Shown here piece by piece: positions 1 through 9,362 of a stretch of DNA of 64,000 bases. Origin of the DNA: Candidatus Poriferisocius sp. (GTDB lineage: Bacteria; Actinomycetota; Acidimicrobiia; Acidimicrobiales; Bin134); contig NZ_CBDCAT010000026.1 of NCBI RefSeq assembly GCF_965214065.1, positions 248,838-312,837 on the forward strand, in the 5' to 3' direction. How positions within the stretch are numbered: the first letter of the stretch is position 1; each line of letters starts with the position of its first letter. A model generated the notes under the pieces. That model had not been told where the DNA came from and ran no database searches. It saw nothing but the letters and a program-made list of their open reading frames with translations. The position numbers and the translations under genes are program-made.

Positions 1-9
1 GAGCAGCTC

Positions 10-1482
10 ATGAGCCCCACCCCGTTCGATCTCTTGTTCAATCCCCGAGGCATAGTGGTGGCCGGCGCTTCCACCCATCCGGGGAAGTTCGGTTTCGTCG
101 CTCTTCACAACGTGTTGGCGGGGGGATTCGACGGGCCGGTTTTCGCCACCAATCCCGAGCAGCCGACCATTCTGGGGCTCGACACGCTGGCATCGGTCGA
201 ACAGGTGCCCGCGGGGGCAGCCGATATGGTTCTGGTCTGCACGCCCCCTCAGACCTGCGCCGACATCCTGCGGTCAGCAGCCAGCCGGGGCATCGGCGCG
301 GCCTTCATCGCTTCCGGCGGTTTTCGGGAAGCCGGCGCCGAGGGTGCCCGCGCCGAGGAGGAGCTTGTTGATCTGGCCCGCTCGCTGGGCATGACAGTGG
401 CTGGGCCCAACGGGCAGGGATTGATCTCCACCCCGGCCAAGCTGGCCGCCCAGATCGTGGCGCCAGTTCCGCCTCCCGGCCCCATCGCGGTGGCCAGCCA
501 ATCGGGCAACCTGGTGTCAGCGCTCATGAACTACGCCGCGCACAGCGGGGTGGGCATCAGCCGGGCGGTGAGCGCGGGCAACGCGGCCATGGTGGGAGTG
601 GTCGACTACCTGGGCTGGTTTGCCGGCGATCCCCATACCAAAGCCATGGCCGCCTATGTCGAGGGAGTGGGCGACGGCCGGCAATTCGCGGCTGCCATCC
701 GGAAGGTGTCCGAGGCGAAGCCGGTGGTACTGGTCAAAGGAGGCACCACTCCTCGGGGGGCAAAGGCCGCGGCCAGCCACACCGGGGCGCTGGCCACCGA
801 TGACCGGGTTTTCGACGGCATGGTGCGCCAGAGCGGTGCAGTGCGGGCTGCCACCATCGAAGAGGCGTTCGATGCCGTCGCCGCCTTCGCCACCCAGCCG
901 CTGCCCGCTGGTCCCCGCACGGTCGTGCTGTCCAGCGCGGGTGGGTGGGGCGTCATCGCCGCTGACGCGGTGTCGAAGTCCAGCCTGGAGCTTGTCCCCC
1001 TTCCTGCTGATCTGGAGGCGGCCATCGATCGGCTGGTGCCGCCCCGCTGGAGCCGCCACAACCCTATCGACCTGGCCGGGGGCGAGAGCCGCGACACCAT
1101 TCCGGAGGCGATCCACTTGGTAGCCGAGCATCGTGAAGTCGACGCGGTGGTCTATTTGGGAATGGGCATTCAGGCCAACACCGCCTCCCATCTGCGGTCA
1201 GGCCCGTACTTCCACTCAGCCGAGCTGGCCCGAATCTGCGAGTACCACGAACGCCAAGACAGCCGCTTTGCCACAGCTGCGGCCGAGGCATCAGCCCAAA
1301 CCGGCAAACCCATCCTGGCCGCCACCGAGCTGGCCGTCACCCAGCCCGGCAACTCCGGGCCGGCTGCGATGGCGGCCGGAAACCGCTATTGCTTCCCCTC
1401 CGCCGACCGTGCAGTGCGGGCTCTGCACCACCTGTGGTGGTACGCCCAATGGCGCAAGCGTCATCTGCGAGCCAAAGCGTGA
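10..1482 (+). CDS. CoA-binding / ADP-forming acyl-CoA synthetase alpha-type protein
   Basis: 490-aa ORF. N-terminal CoA-binding Rossmann-like segment (PRGIVVAGASTHPGKFG). Succinyl-CoA-synthetase-alpha-like phosphohistidine loop (AASHTGALA). No ATP-grasp beta domain seen. Confidence 0.7.
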   Translation: MSPTPFDLLFNPRGIVVAGASTHPGKFGFVALHNVLAGGFDGPVFATNPEQPTILGLDTLASVEQVPAGAADMVLVCTPPQTCADILRSAASRGIGAAFIASGGFREAGAEGARAEEELVDLARSLGMTVAGPNGQGLISTPAKLAAQIVAPVPPPGPIAVASQSGNLVSALMNYAAHSGVGISRAVSAGNAAMVGVVDYLGWFAGDPHTKAMAAYVEGVGDGRQFAAAIRKVSEAKPVVLVKGGTTPRGAKAAASHTGALATDDRVFDGMVRQSGAVRAATIEEAFDAVAAFATQPLPAGPRTVVLSSAGGWGVIAADAVSKSSLELVPLPADLEAAIDRLVPPRWSRHNPIDLAGGESRDTIPEAIHLVAEHREVDAVVYLGMGIQANTASHLRSGPYFHSAELARICEYHERQDSRFATAAAEASAQTGKPILAATELAVTQPGNSGPAAMAAGNRYCFPSADRAVRALHHLWWYAQWRKRHLRAKA

Positions 1483-1512
1483 TCAGCGAGACGGACCACT
1501 AGGATTTCCGCG

Positions 1513-3015
1513 GTGCGTCGAATCCTGATGCCCCTTCTGCTGCTAGCGGTCGCCCTCGGAGCCCTTCTCGGCTCCAACTACCTGAGCGACCGGCTTCACG
1601 AAAACCTCGGCGAAGTGGCAGCTGACGACACCGTTCCCCCTGGAGTCGGCACGCCTTTGATATCCACCCTTCGCTTGCGGGAGCTGCTGACCCCGTCGCT
1701 GACCGAGCCCGACTTCTTCACCACTCTGGACGACCTGATGGCCACCGCCCCCACGGCCGCTTGTCTCTCCATCACCCTTGACGGCCACGACCCCCCGTTC
1801 TACGAGAGCGGTGCCAACACCCAGGTGAGGCCTTCTGAGGCACTGGTCTTGCTCACCTTGGCGACTGCCCACCAGGTGCTCGGCCCTGATCACACGTTCA
1901 CCACCTCGGTCCAATCCACCGTTCCGATGGACGGGGGGGTGGTGAACGGCGACATCTACTTGGTTGGCGGGGGCGATCCGCTGCTGTTCACCGAGGGATT
2001 CCTGGCGACGATGACCGAGGACCGAGACCTGATTCACACTCCCATCGAAGACCTGGCCCAAAAGCTGGTGGATGACGGTTTGACCCTGGTGACCGGTGCG
2101 GTGGTGGGGGACACCACTCGCTATGACGATCTCCGTTACGTCCCGTCCTGGCCGGAGAGCGTCATCGATTCCGAGAAGATCGGCACCCTGCTTGCCCTGC
2201 AATTCGATGACGGCTGGGTGCAGTTCCCCATCCCGGCATCTGAACAGGCAACCGATGGGGCTGATGGAACAGGCGAGCAGGAAGAGGCGGATGTCTATCT
2301 GGCCGCAGAGGATCCGCCGTTCTACGCGGCCGCGCTCTTCGACGACATGCTAGAAGCCCGCGACGTGGTCATCCGCCGCAGCCCCCGCTCAGAAGCGGTG
2401 CCCGAGGACGATGAGGTGTACGTGATGGCGACGATCGAATCGGCACCACTATCCGATCTCTATGGCCAGATCCTCGCCAGCCGGGACATCGAGACCATCG
2501 AGCTGCTGCTCAAAGAGGTAGGTCTGGCCGCTTTGGGCACCGGTAGCACCAGCGCCGGATTTCAAGCAGTAGAGGAAATGCTCAACGACGCGGGAATCAA
2601 CATAGACCAGCTCCAACTGCTCCAATTCGACGGCTCGGGACTCGATCCGGCCAACGTCGCGACCTGCCCTGTGTTCACCTCGCTGCTGGACAGCGCGGAG
2701 TTCAGCCCGCTGTTCCACGAACTTCTCCCTACCGCGGCTGAAGTCGGCCCGCTGGGGAATCGGTTTGCCGGAGTCCCGAATCCGGGACGGATCACCGGAT
2801 TCTCAGGCGGAATATCGAACGTCACTGCCATGACGGGCTACATCGATATCGGCTTGGGCCAAGAAGTGACGTTTGCCTTCATTGCCAACCAGCCCGGCGC
2901 CGACGACAACCGGGCTATCCGAGACCTGGAAGAAAATATCGTGCGCCATCTGGCCACCTTGGCGGCAAAACCGAGCCTCGACGACATCAGCCTCCAACCG
3001 ATCCGAAACAGCTGA
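1513..3015 (+). CDS. PBP4 / peptidase S13 family D-Ala-D-Ala carboxypeptidase homologue, probably catalytically inactive
   Basis: 500-aa ORF with an N-terminal hydrophobic signal/anchor (LLLLAVALGALLG) and the family hallmark GDIYLVGGGDPLL. The expected SxxK, SxN and KTG boxes read PSEALVLLT, SRD and MTG. Confidence 0.65.
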   Translation: MRRILMPLLLLAVALGALLGSNYLSDRLHENLGEVAADDTVPPGVGTPLISTLRLRELLTPSLTEPDFFTTLDDLMATAPTAACLSITLDGHDPPFYESGANTQVRPSEALVLLTLATAHQVLGPDHTFTTSVQSTVPMDGGVVNGDIYLVGGGDPLLFTEGFLATMTEDRDLIHTPIEDLAQKLVDDGLTLVTGAVVGDTTRYDDLRYVPSWPESVIDSEKIGTLLALQFDDGWVQFPIPASEQATDGADGTGEQEEADVYLAAEDPPFYAAALFDDMLEARDVVIRRSPRSEAVPEDDEVYVMATIESAPLSDLYGQILASRDIETIELLLKEVGLAALGTGSTSAGFQAVEEMLNDAGINIDQLQLLQFDGSGLDPANVATCPVFTSLLDSAEFSPLFHELLPTAAEVGPLGNRFAGVPNPGRITGFSGGISNVTAMTGYIDIGLGQEVTFAFIANQPGADDNRAIRDLEENIVRHLATLAAKPSLDDISLQPIRNS

Positions 3016-3041
3016 CCGGTCTCGAATAAGGCCCTGGATCA

Positions 3042-3686
3042 ATGACCGTGAACGATACAAGCACGATGGCCATGTTCCCCCTGGGGATGGTGCTGATGCC
3101 CACGATGGTTGTGCCGATCCACGTATTCGAGCCTCGCTACCGACAGATGGCCAGGGACTGCATGGACGGGGCCCGCGAGTTCGGGGTGGTGCTCATCGAG
3201 CGCGGTAGCGAGGTAGGCGGCGGAGACATCCGCTCCGCCGCCGGAACCGCGGCCGGGATCATCAGCGCCCAGGAGTTCCCCGACGGGCGATGGGGTCTGG
3301 TTGCCGGTGGTACGCGCCGGATTCGGGTTTCTCGTTGGTTGGAAGACGACCCGTATCCCCGGGCCGAGGTTCAAGACTGGCCCGATGCCGCCGACGGAGG
3401 CGACGACGGCGAGGAAATTGCCGCCAAGCTGCCTCCGGTGATTGCCATGTGGCGCCGGGTGCTGGCTTTGCAGTCCGAATTGGGAGCGCCAGGACCTCCG
3501 GCCACATTCGAGGTGTCCGACGACCCTGCGATCGCGATATGGCAGCTCGCCGCCCTGTCTCCCAGCGGGCCGCTGGACCGACAGAAGCTGTTGACCGCGG
3601 AGAATCCGGCCCGCCGTTTGAGCCTGTTGTATGAGTTCCTCGCCGACGCCGAGGAACTCATACAAGCCCGAATCGAGATGGGGTAG
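3042..3686 (+). CDS. LON N-terminal (substrate-binding) domain protein
   Basis: 214 aa. Begins MFPLGMVLMPTMVVPIHVFEPRYRQM, the typical LON-N/PUA-like start. No AAA or protease domain. Confidence 0.7.
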   Translation: MTVNDTSTMAMFPLGMVLMPTMVVPIHVFEPRYRQMARDCMDGAREFGVVLIERGSEVGGGDIRSAAGTAAGIISAQEFPDGRWGLVAGGTRRIRVSRWLEDDPYPRAEVQDWPDAADGGDDGEEIAAKLPPVIAMWRRVLALQSELGAPGPPATFEVSDDPAIAIWQLAALSPSGPLDRQKLLTAENPARRLSLLYEFLADAEELIQARIEMG

Positions 3687-3713
3687 TGGAAACCACCGGG
3701 ATAGGCTGATCGA

Positions 3714-4070
3714 TTGCAGGAGGAAGCCGTGGCCAAACGTTCAAAAGCTGCCCGAAAAGGGAATTCGCCCAACGAAGCGTTGTCCGAACTGAAGACGCTG
3801 CTTATCGGCTATGGCCGACAGGAAATCGTTACTCCCCTCACCCAGTTGGGGAAGACGCTGAAGCTGGGCATCCTCGGCGCGCTGAGCATCGGCGTGGGGC
3901 TGGTTTTCCTGTCCATTGCCGGATTGCGCTTGCTCCAGACCGAGGCTTCCGGGGTGTTCGACGGAAACATGAGCGCCCTGCCCTATCTGGTGGTGCTAGT
4001 CGGACTGCTTTCTGTGCTGGCGGTCCTGGTGGCCACCAGGACTCGCATATCGAGAGGAGGCCGCTCATGA
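3714..4070 (+). CDS. small two-TM membrane protein (actinobacterial holin-X-like family)
   Basis: 118 aa with two hydrophobic helices (LGILGALSIGVGLVFLSIAGL; LPYLVVLVGLLSVLAVLVA). Its stop overlaps the next start (ATGA). Confidence 0.45.
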   Translation: MQEEAVAKRSKAARKGNSPNEALSELKTLLIGYGRQEIVTPLTQLGKTLKLGILGALSIGVGLVFLSIAGLRLLQTEASGVFDGNMSALPYLVVLVGLLSVLAVLVATRTRISRGGRS

Positions 4071-4288
4071 GCGATATGGAGATGGATCGCGAGTCGATCG
4101 GCAGGGACGATATCCAGGCAAAGTTTGAAGACCTGAAACACAGCCTGGACCGCACCGCAGAAGCGGCTCGCACGCCGATGCTGACCGCAGGCATTGCGAT
4201 TGTGGCGGTGCTGGTGGTTTTGGCCTTCCTGTTGGGACGGCGGCGCGGTCGGGCCAGCCGGACCGTGGTCGAAGTCCGCCGGGTCTGA
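4067..4288 (+). CDS. small C-terminally anchored membrane protein (DUF3618-like)
   Basis: 73 aa. Charged helical N-terminus followed by one TM (LTAGIAIVAVLVVLAFLLG). Translationally coupled to the upstream ORF. Confidence 0.4.
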   Translation: MSDMEMDRESIGRDDIQAKFEDLKHSLDRTAEAARTPMLTAGIAIVAVLVVLAFLLGRRRGRASRTVVEVRRV

Positions 4289-4292
4289 TCGG

Positions 4293-4514
4293 ATGGGGAT
4301 GATTCCCGACCCGCTGGGATACTTGCGCCGACAAGCCATCAGACGCGGGGTACTAGGCGGAAGCCGAGCATGGCTCATCTTGGGCGGTGTGGCCTGGGGG
4401 TTCCGTCTGTTGACCCGGGTGGCCGGCACCCGCCGCCTTCGAGCAGTGCTTACTGAGGAGCTGCGCCCCGGCGAAAGCCTGCTTATCTCACATCTTCCCG
4501 ACGAATCCCGGTGA
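4293..4514 (+). CDS. hypothetical small membrane protein
   Basis: Internal ATG of track ORF 4194..4514, chosen to avoid overlap with the previous gene. One TM (AWLILGGVAWGF). Its stop overlaps the trmI start. Confidence 0.35.
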   Translation: MGMIPDPLGYLRRQAIRRGVLGGSRAWLILGGVAWGFRLLTRVAGTRRLRAVLTEELRPGESLLISHLPDESR

Positions 4515-5284
4515 GCCGGACGCTCCGAGACGGCGAATTGGTCCTGCTCACCGACCGAAAGGGCCGCCGATACCTGGTGACGCTGGCCGAAGGCCGAGAG
4601 TTCCACACCCACGCGGGTTTGGTGGCCCACGATGAGTTGATCGGTGGCACCGAGGGAATGCTGGTGCGCACATCCCGCAACGCCGAGCTGACCATTTGGC
4701 GTCCCACCCTCCACGACTACGTGCTGAAGATGCCCCGGGGAGCGCAGGTGGTGTATCCAAAAGACAGTGCGGCCATCTTGATGCTGGCCGACGTGTTCCC
4801 CGGCGCTCGGGTGCTGGAGTCGGGCGTGGGGTCAGGGGCACTGTCGATAAGCCTGTTGAGAGCCGGAGCGACGGTGCTGGGCTACGAGATCAGAGAGGAC
4901 TTTGCCCAGCAAGCGGTAGAGAACGTGACGGGCTTTCTGGGATCAGAGGTCACCCAGCGCTTCCAGGTTGAGATCAGAGACTGCTACCAGGGGATTGACG
5001 ACAAGGGGCTGGACCGGGTGGTGCTGGATTTGCCCGAGCCCTGGCAAGTTGTGCCCCACGCAGCCGCCTCGCTGCATCCCGGCGGCATCTTGGCGGCCTA
5101 CACCCCGAGCATCGTGCAGGCCGCTCAGCTGCGAGAAGCCTGCGAGGCCGGACCCTGGGCGGCGGCTTCCACGGTGGAGATTCTGCACCGCGGCTGGCAT
5201 ATCAAAGGAGACGCGGTCAGACCCGAGCACCGAATGGTGGGCCACACCGGGTTCGTGACTGCGGTCAGAAGGCTGGCCGATTAG
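4511..5284 (+). CDS. trmI: tRNA (adenine58-N1)-methyltransferase
   Basis: 257 aa. SAM-binding VLESGVGSGALS, plus conserved synteny immediately upstream of arc/mpa as in mycobacteria (Rv2118c). Confidence 0.8.
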   Translation: MSRTLRDGELVLLTDRKGRRYLVTLAEGREFHTHAGLVAHDELIGGTEGMLVRTSRNAELTIWRPTLHDYVLKMPRGAQVVYPKDSAAILMLADVFPGARVLESGVGSGALSISLLRAGATVLGYEIREDFAQQAVENVTGFLGSEVTQRFQVEIRDCYQGIDDKGLDRVVLDLPEPWQVVPHAAASLHPGGILAAYTPSIVQAAQLREACEAGPWAAASTVEILHRGWHIKGDAVRPEHRMVGHTGFVTAVRRLAD

Positions 5285-5300
5285 AGAGTTGAGCGGAGGC

Positions 5301-5540
5301 TCAGACCTCGATGAAGATGCACTCTCCAGGGCATTCCTCGGCTGATTCGATGGTGGCCTCTTCCTGCCCCTCGGGCACGATAGCCAGTCCCTCGACTCCA
5401 CCCGGTTCGCTGAAAACCTTTTCGCCCTCTTTGACGTAGGCCAGGCCATCGTCGAGCAGCGTAAAGACATCTGGGGCGATCTCCTCGCAGAGACCGTCAC
5501 CAGTGCAGAGATCCTGATCGATCCAGACCTTCATTTGCAT
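5301..5540 (-). CDS. single-cluster [3Fe-4S]/[4Fe-4S] ferredoxin
   Basis: 79 aa. Contains WIDQDLCTGDGLCEEIAPDVF ... ECPGECIF, the typical actinobacterial small ferredoxin pattern. GAAAGGG Shine-Dalgarno sequence upstream. Confidence 0.8.
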   Translation of the reverse strand: MQMKVWIDQDLCTGDGLCEEIAPDVFTLLDDGLAYVKEGEKVFSEPGGVEGLAIVPEGQEEATIESAEECPGECIFIEV

Positions 5541-5717
5541 CGGTGCAGTAGCCCTTTCGTGACAAATGGCGGACGCCGGGCATGGTAGACGTTGGGAGCT
5601 CCTTCAGTGTAACCGACCGAGGGTCGATCTCTGCCATGCAGCGGAAATTCCTCCGAGCGGGTAGACAGTCAGAACGCAATCATGCATCGGCACTTCGTTG
5701 AAGGCGTATAGAGTCGG

Positions 5718-7484
5718 GTGGGTATGGCAGACGCGAACGCGGCGGCGGACGAGGAGAGGCCAGAGGAGAATTTTCCTCAGGCCGAGCAGGTGGCAGCTCT
5801 GGAGAAAGAGCTGGCGGTGCTCCGCCAAAGGCTTCAAGATGCTCCCAAACGCGTTCGCACATTGGAAGAGCGGCTGTTGGAAACCAAAGGGCAGCTGGCC
5901 AAGGCCGTATCCCAGAACGAAAAGCTCACCTATACCCTGCGAGAAGCCCGCGAGCACATCTCCGCGCTGCGCGACGAGGTGGACAAGCTCACCCAGCCGC
6001 CGTCGGCGTACGGAACGTTCTTGGACCTCAACGACGACGGCACGGTCGACGTGTTCTCCGGGGGACGCAAGATGCGGGTCGCGCTGCACCCGGAGATCGC
6101 GGTAGACGGGCTGCGTCGAGGCCAAGAGGTGGTCCTGAACGAATCGCTGAACGTGGTGCTGTCCCGGGTGGGCGATGGCACCGGCGAGGTGGTGACCGTC
6201 AAAGAGGTGCTGAGCTGCGGGCGACGGGCGATCATCGTTGGGCGGGCCGACGAGGAGCGGGTAGTGGAGCTGGCCGCGGAGTTGATCGACCAGCCGCTGA
6301 ACAGTGGAGACACCGCGCTGATGGACTCCCGTTCAGGGCTGCTCGTAGAACGCCTGCCTCGACCCGAAGTGGAAGATCTGGTGCTGGAAGAAGTACCTGA
6401 CGTCACCTACGAGCAGGTCGGAGGACTGGACGAGCAGATCGAGCAGATCACCGACGCGGTGGAACTGCCCTTCATGCACCAGGAATTGTTCGCTGAGTAC
6501 CAGCTTCCCGCTCCGAAAGGCATCCTCTTGTACGGCCCACCCGGCTGCGGCAAGACCCTGATCGCCAAGGCAGTGGCCAACTCCTTGGCCGGCAAGGTCG
6601 CCCATATCAACTCCGATCGGGAGGCCCGCTCCTACTTCTTCAACATCAAGGGCCCCGAGCTCTTGAACAAGTACGTCGGCGAAACCGAGCGCCAGATCCG
6701 GCTGGTATTCCAGCGGGCTCGGGAGAAGTCGGCCGAAGGTTGGCCGGTCATTGTGTTCTTCGATGAGATGGAGTCGCTGTTCCGCACTCGGGGCACCGGC
6801 ATCAGCTCCGACATGGAGTCCACCGTGGTCCCCCAACTCCTGGCCGAGATCGACGGGGTGGAGGCGCTGCGCAACGTGATCGTGATCGGCGCCTCCAACC
6901 GGGAGGACCTCATCGATCCAGCCATCTTGAGGCCCGGACGCCTGGACGTGAAGATCAAGATCCAGCGTCCCGATGCCGAAGCCGCCGGGGCCATCTTCGC
7001 CCGCTATCTCACTGCCGAGGTACCTATCGCCGCCGAGATGGTGGAGGGGCTAGGTGGAGGAGACCCGGACAAGGCGATCCAGTCCATGGTCGAGCAGACC
7101 GTGGTTGAGATGTTCTTGGAGGAGGAGCGCAACCAGTTCTTGGAAGTTACCTACCAGAACGGCGACAAAGAGATCATGTACTTCAAGGACTTCGCATCCG
7201 GTGCCATGATCGAAAACGTGGTGCGGCGGGCAAAGAAGCTGGCCATCAAGCGCTCCATCGCCGGCGGCGCACCGGGCATCCACATCAACGACCTTTTGGA
7301 TTCGGTGTACCAGGAGTACCGAGAGCACGAGGATCTGCCCAACACCACGAACCCGGACGACTGGGCGAAGATATCGGGCAAGAAGGGAGAGCGGATCGTG
7401 TTTGTCCGCACACTCTTGTCCAACGAGGAGACAAACCAGGGCGGGCGCTCCATCGAAGGAGTCGGCCCCGGCCAATACCTCTGA
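5718..7484 (+). CDS. mpa: proteasome-associated AAA ATPase ARC/Mpa
   Basis: 588 aa. N-terminal coiled coil, Walker A GPPGCGKT, Walker [11 protein letters not shown]-terminal GQYL proteasome-docking tail. An ATG at 5724 is an alternative start. Confidence 0.95.
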   Translation: MGMADANAAADEERPEENFPQAEQVAALEKELAVLRQRLQDAPKRVRTLEERLLETKGQLAKAVSQNEKLTYTLREAREHISALRDEVDKLTQPPSAYGTFLDLNDDGTVDVFSGGRKMRVALHPEIAVDGLRRGQEVVLNESLNVVLSRVGDGTGEVVTVKEVLSCGRRAIIVGRADEERVVELAAELIDQPLNSGDTALMDSRSGLLVERLPRPEVEDLVLEEVPDVTYEQVGGLDEQIEQITDAVELPFMHQELFAEYQLPAPKGILLYGPPGCGKTLIAKAVANSLAGKVAHINSDREARSYFFNIKGPELLNKYVGETERQIRLVFQRAREKSAEGWPVIVFFDEMESLFRTRGTGISSDMESTVVPQLLAEIDGVEALRNVIVIGASNREDLIDPAILRPGRLDVKIKIQRPDAEAAGAIFARYLTAEVPIAAEMVEGLGGGDPDKAIQSMVEQTVVEMFLEEERNQFLEVTYQNGDKEIMYFKDFASGAMIENVVRRAKKLAIKRSIAGGAPGIHINDLLDSVYQEYREHEDLPNTTNPDDWAKISGKKGERIVFVRTLLSNEETNQGGRSIEGVGPGQYL

Positions 7485-7533
7485 CCTTCGATTGCCGCCA
7501 GACCTTCGGCTCAAGTCAACTAGCGTGCCAACC

Positions 7534-9057
7534 ATGGCGGTCCCCAAGATCTGCGGCATTGAGACCGAGTTCGGGATCGCGCACACCGGCGCCGAGGATT
7601 CCAACCCGATCACCGCCTCATCTCTGCTCATCAACTCATACCTGTCGGAAGTGGAGCGCACCGGGGAGGGAGGGCCAGCGTCCGGGGTGTCCTGGGACTT
7701 CGAGGACGAGATGCCCGGCAACGACATCCGGGGCATCGCCCCCCTGGGATCGCTGGCCCCCGAGATTGAGACCCACTTGGTTAACGCGGTGCTCACCAAC
7801 GGCGCCCGCTACTACGTGGACCATGCCCATCCCGAGTTGTCCACCCCTGAGTGCAGCAACGCCCTGGATGCAACCCGCTACGACAAAGCGGGCGAATTGA
7901 TTCTGATGCGCTCCATGGAGTCGGCCGCCCGGGTTCTGCCCCAAGGCCAAGAGCTGGTGGTGTACAAGAACAACTCCGACGGCAAGGGCAACAGCTACGG
8001 GTGCCACGAGAACTACCTCATGGCCCGCACCACGCCTTTCTCCCAGATCGTGGTCCATGCCACCGCCCACCTGGTAACCCGCCAGATCTTCACCGGCTCG
8101 GGCAAGGTGGGCTCGGAGGCTCCTGGCCTCACCACCGCGGAGATACCGTTTCAGATCACCCAGCGAGCGGACTTCTTCGAAGAGGAGGTGGGACTGGAGA
8201 CCACGCTCAAACGGCCGATCATCAACACCCGGGACGAGCCTCACGCCGATGCCCGGCTTTACCGCCGGCTGCACGTCATCACCGGAGACGCCAACATGTC
8301 GGAGGTGGCCACCTTCCTCAAGGTGGGGACCACCGCCGTCGTCTTGGCCATGGTGGAGGACAACGTCTTGCCTCGGGAGTTCCGTTTCCGGACACCGGTG
8401 TCGGCCATGCGGCAGGTGTCCTACGATCTGAGCCTGACCAAGACGCTGGAGCTGGCCGACGGCACCACCGCCACGGCGCTGGAGATCCAGTGGGATCTGT
8501 TGGACCAGGCTCGCAAATACGCCGACAGCCACGGGCTCGACGCAGTGGGCGGCCCGGTGGGCGACATGGTGATCGACCGCTGGGAGCAGGTCTTGGCTGG
8601 TTTGGAGGCCGACCCCATGACCTTGGCACGCCAACTCGACTGGGTGGCCAAATTCCAGCTGATACGGGGATTGTCCCAGCGCCATGGCTTGCGACCCGAT
8701 GACGCCCGCCTGGCCGCGCTCGACCTCCAATACCACGACTTGAGGCCCGAACGATCGGTGGCGGCCCGGGTGGGTTTGGAGGCCCTAGTGCCTGTGGAAG
8801 ACGCCCGAGCAGCTATCTCCGAGCCACCGACAGACACCCGGGCCTACTTCCGAGGCCAGTGCCTGAAGCGGTGGGCCCCCAACATTGTGGCGGCCAACTG
8901 GGACTCGATCGTGTTCGACGTGGGCGACGAGCCGCTCCGACGAGTACCCATGATGGAACCCGCCAGGGGCACGGCCGACCATGTCTACGACCTTCTGGCC
9001 GACTGCGACACCGCCGCTGAGCTGCTGAAGCGATTGGGAGAACAGAGCTCGCGCTAG
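7534..9057 (+). CDS. dop: Pup deamidase/depupylase Dop
   Basis: Internal ATG (MAVPKICGIETEFGI) of track ORF 7402..9057. Motifs [40 protein letters not shown] and [11 protein letters not shown]. Carries the extra Dop-loop segment that PafA lacks. Confidence 0.9.
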   Translation: MAVPKICGIETEFGIAHTGAEDSNPITASSLLINSYLSEVERTGEGGPASGVSWDFEDEMPGNDIRGIAPLGSLAPEIETHLVNAVLTNGARYYVDHAHPELSTPECSNALDATRYDKAGELILMRSMESAARVLPQGQELVVYKNNSDGKGNSYGCHENYLMARTTPFSQIVVHATAHLVTRQIFTGSGKVGSEAPGLTTAEIPFQITQRADFFEEEVGLETTLKRPIINTRDEPHADARLYRRLHVITGDANMSEVATFLKVGTTAVVLAMVEDNVLPREFRFRTPVSAMRQVSYDLSLTKTLELADGTTATALEIQWDLLDQARKYADSHGLDAVGGPVGDMVIDRWEQVLAGLEADPMTLARQLDWVAKFQLIRGLSQRHGLRPDDARLAALDLQYHDLRPERSVAARVGLEALVPVEDARAAISEPPTDTRAYFRGQCLKRWAPNIVAANWDSIVFDVGDEPLRRVPMMEPARGTADHVYDLLADCDTAAELLKRLGEQSSR

Positions 9058-9070
9058 GGCGTCTCGACAA

Positions 9071-9102
9071 TTTGTCTTTACTTCGGTTTGTCCTCACTTC
9101 GG
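9071..9102 (+). promoter_or_regulatory. tandem 16-bp direct repeat upstream of pup (candidate operator/promoter element)
   Basis: TTTGTCTTTACTTCGG / TTTGTCCTCACTTCGG (13/16 identical), followed by the palindrome CGATATCG at 9111-9118 and an SD-like GAGGGG before the pup ATG. Confidence 0.3.
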
Positions 9103-9151
9103 GGAGAGTGCGATATCGTGATCGGCAAGCACCCGGGCATGAGGGGATGAG

Positions 9152-9346
9152 ATGGCGGAACGAGAACAAATCAAAAGACCCGCACCCCAACGAGAGCAGT
9201 CTGATGTCGAAGAAGCTCCGGCGGTCTCAGGGCAGGGCGAGGAGTTGAAGGCAGAGCTCGACGAGCTGTTGGACGAGATCGACGAGGTACTGGAGTCCAA
9301 TGCCGAGGACTTTGTGAAGTCCTATATCCAAAAGGGCGGCCAGTAG
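9152..9346 (+). CDS. pup: prokaryotic ubiquitin-like protein Pup
   Basis: 64 aa. ELDELLDEIDEVLESNAEDFVKSYIQKGGQ with a C-terminal GGQ. Confidence 0.95.
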   Translation: MAEREQIKRPAPQREQSDVEEAPAVSGQGEELKAELDELLDEIDEVLESNAEDFVKSYIQKGGQ

Positions 9347-9362
9347 CGGTAGTCTGCCAACT

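Noticed and set aside
3714-4070. Holin-like protein as an indicator of a prophage lysis cassette
   Set aside because: There is no endolysin, terminase, capsid or integrase gene and no att-like repeat nearby. The flanks are housekeeping genes. The family is widespread as chromosomal small membrane proteins in actinobacteria.
7402-7533. N-terminal extensions of track ORFs that overlap the preceding gene. These affect dop 7402, pafB 12135, lepB 14029, GDPD 16618, 17508, tadB 27490, the lipoprotein at 32024, SDR 36714, ICL2 40395, 43472 and ald 62815
   Set aside because: In each case an internal ATG coincides with the conserved family N-terminus, removes the overlap or creates a canonical ATGA/TGATG coupling, and often has an SD. 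The upstream parts are Arg/Pro-rich and look non-coding.
7636-8736. 366-aa antisense ORF inside dop. Similar long antisense ORFs occur at 11179..12159 in pafA, 27268..28278 in tadA, 38874..39195 in aceA and 62818..63735 in ald
   Set aside because: All lie opposite genes with strong motif-level identification, lack SD sequences and have Arg/Gly/Pro-biased composition. These are shadow ORFs of a high-GC genome.
9071-9120. TTGTC-containing repeat as a PafBC-dependent (RecA-NDp type) promoter motif
   Set aside because: Only the TTGTC core resembles the remembered tTGTCRgtg-N8-TAnnnT motif. The following bases differ, and no TAnnnT lies at the required 8-nt spacing. It is kept only as a generic repeat finding.
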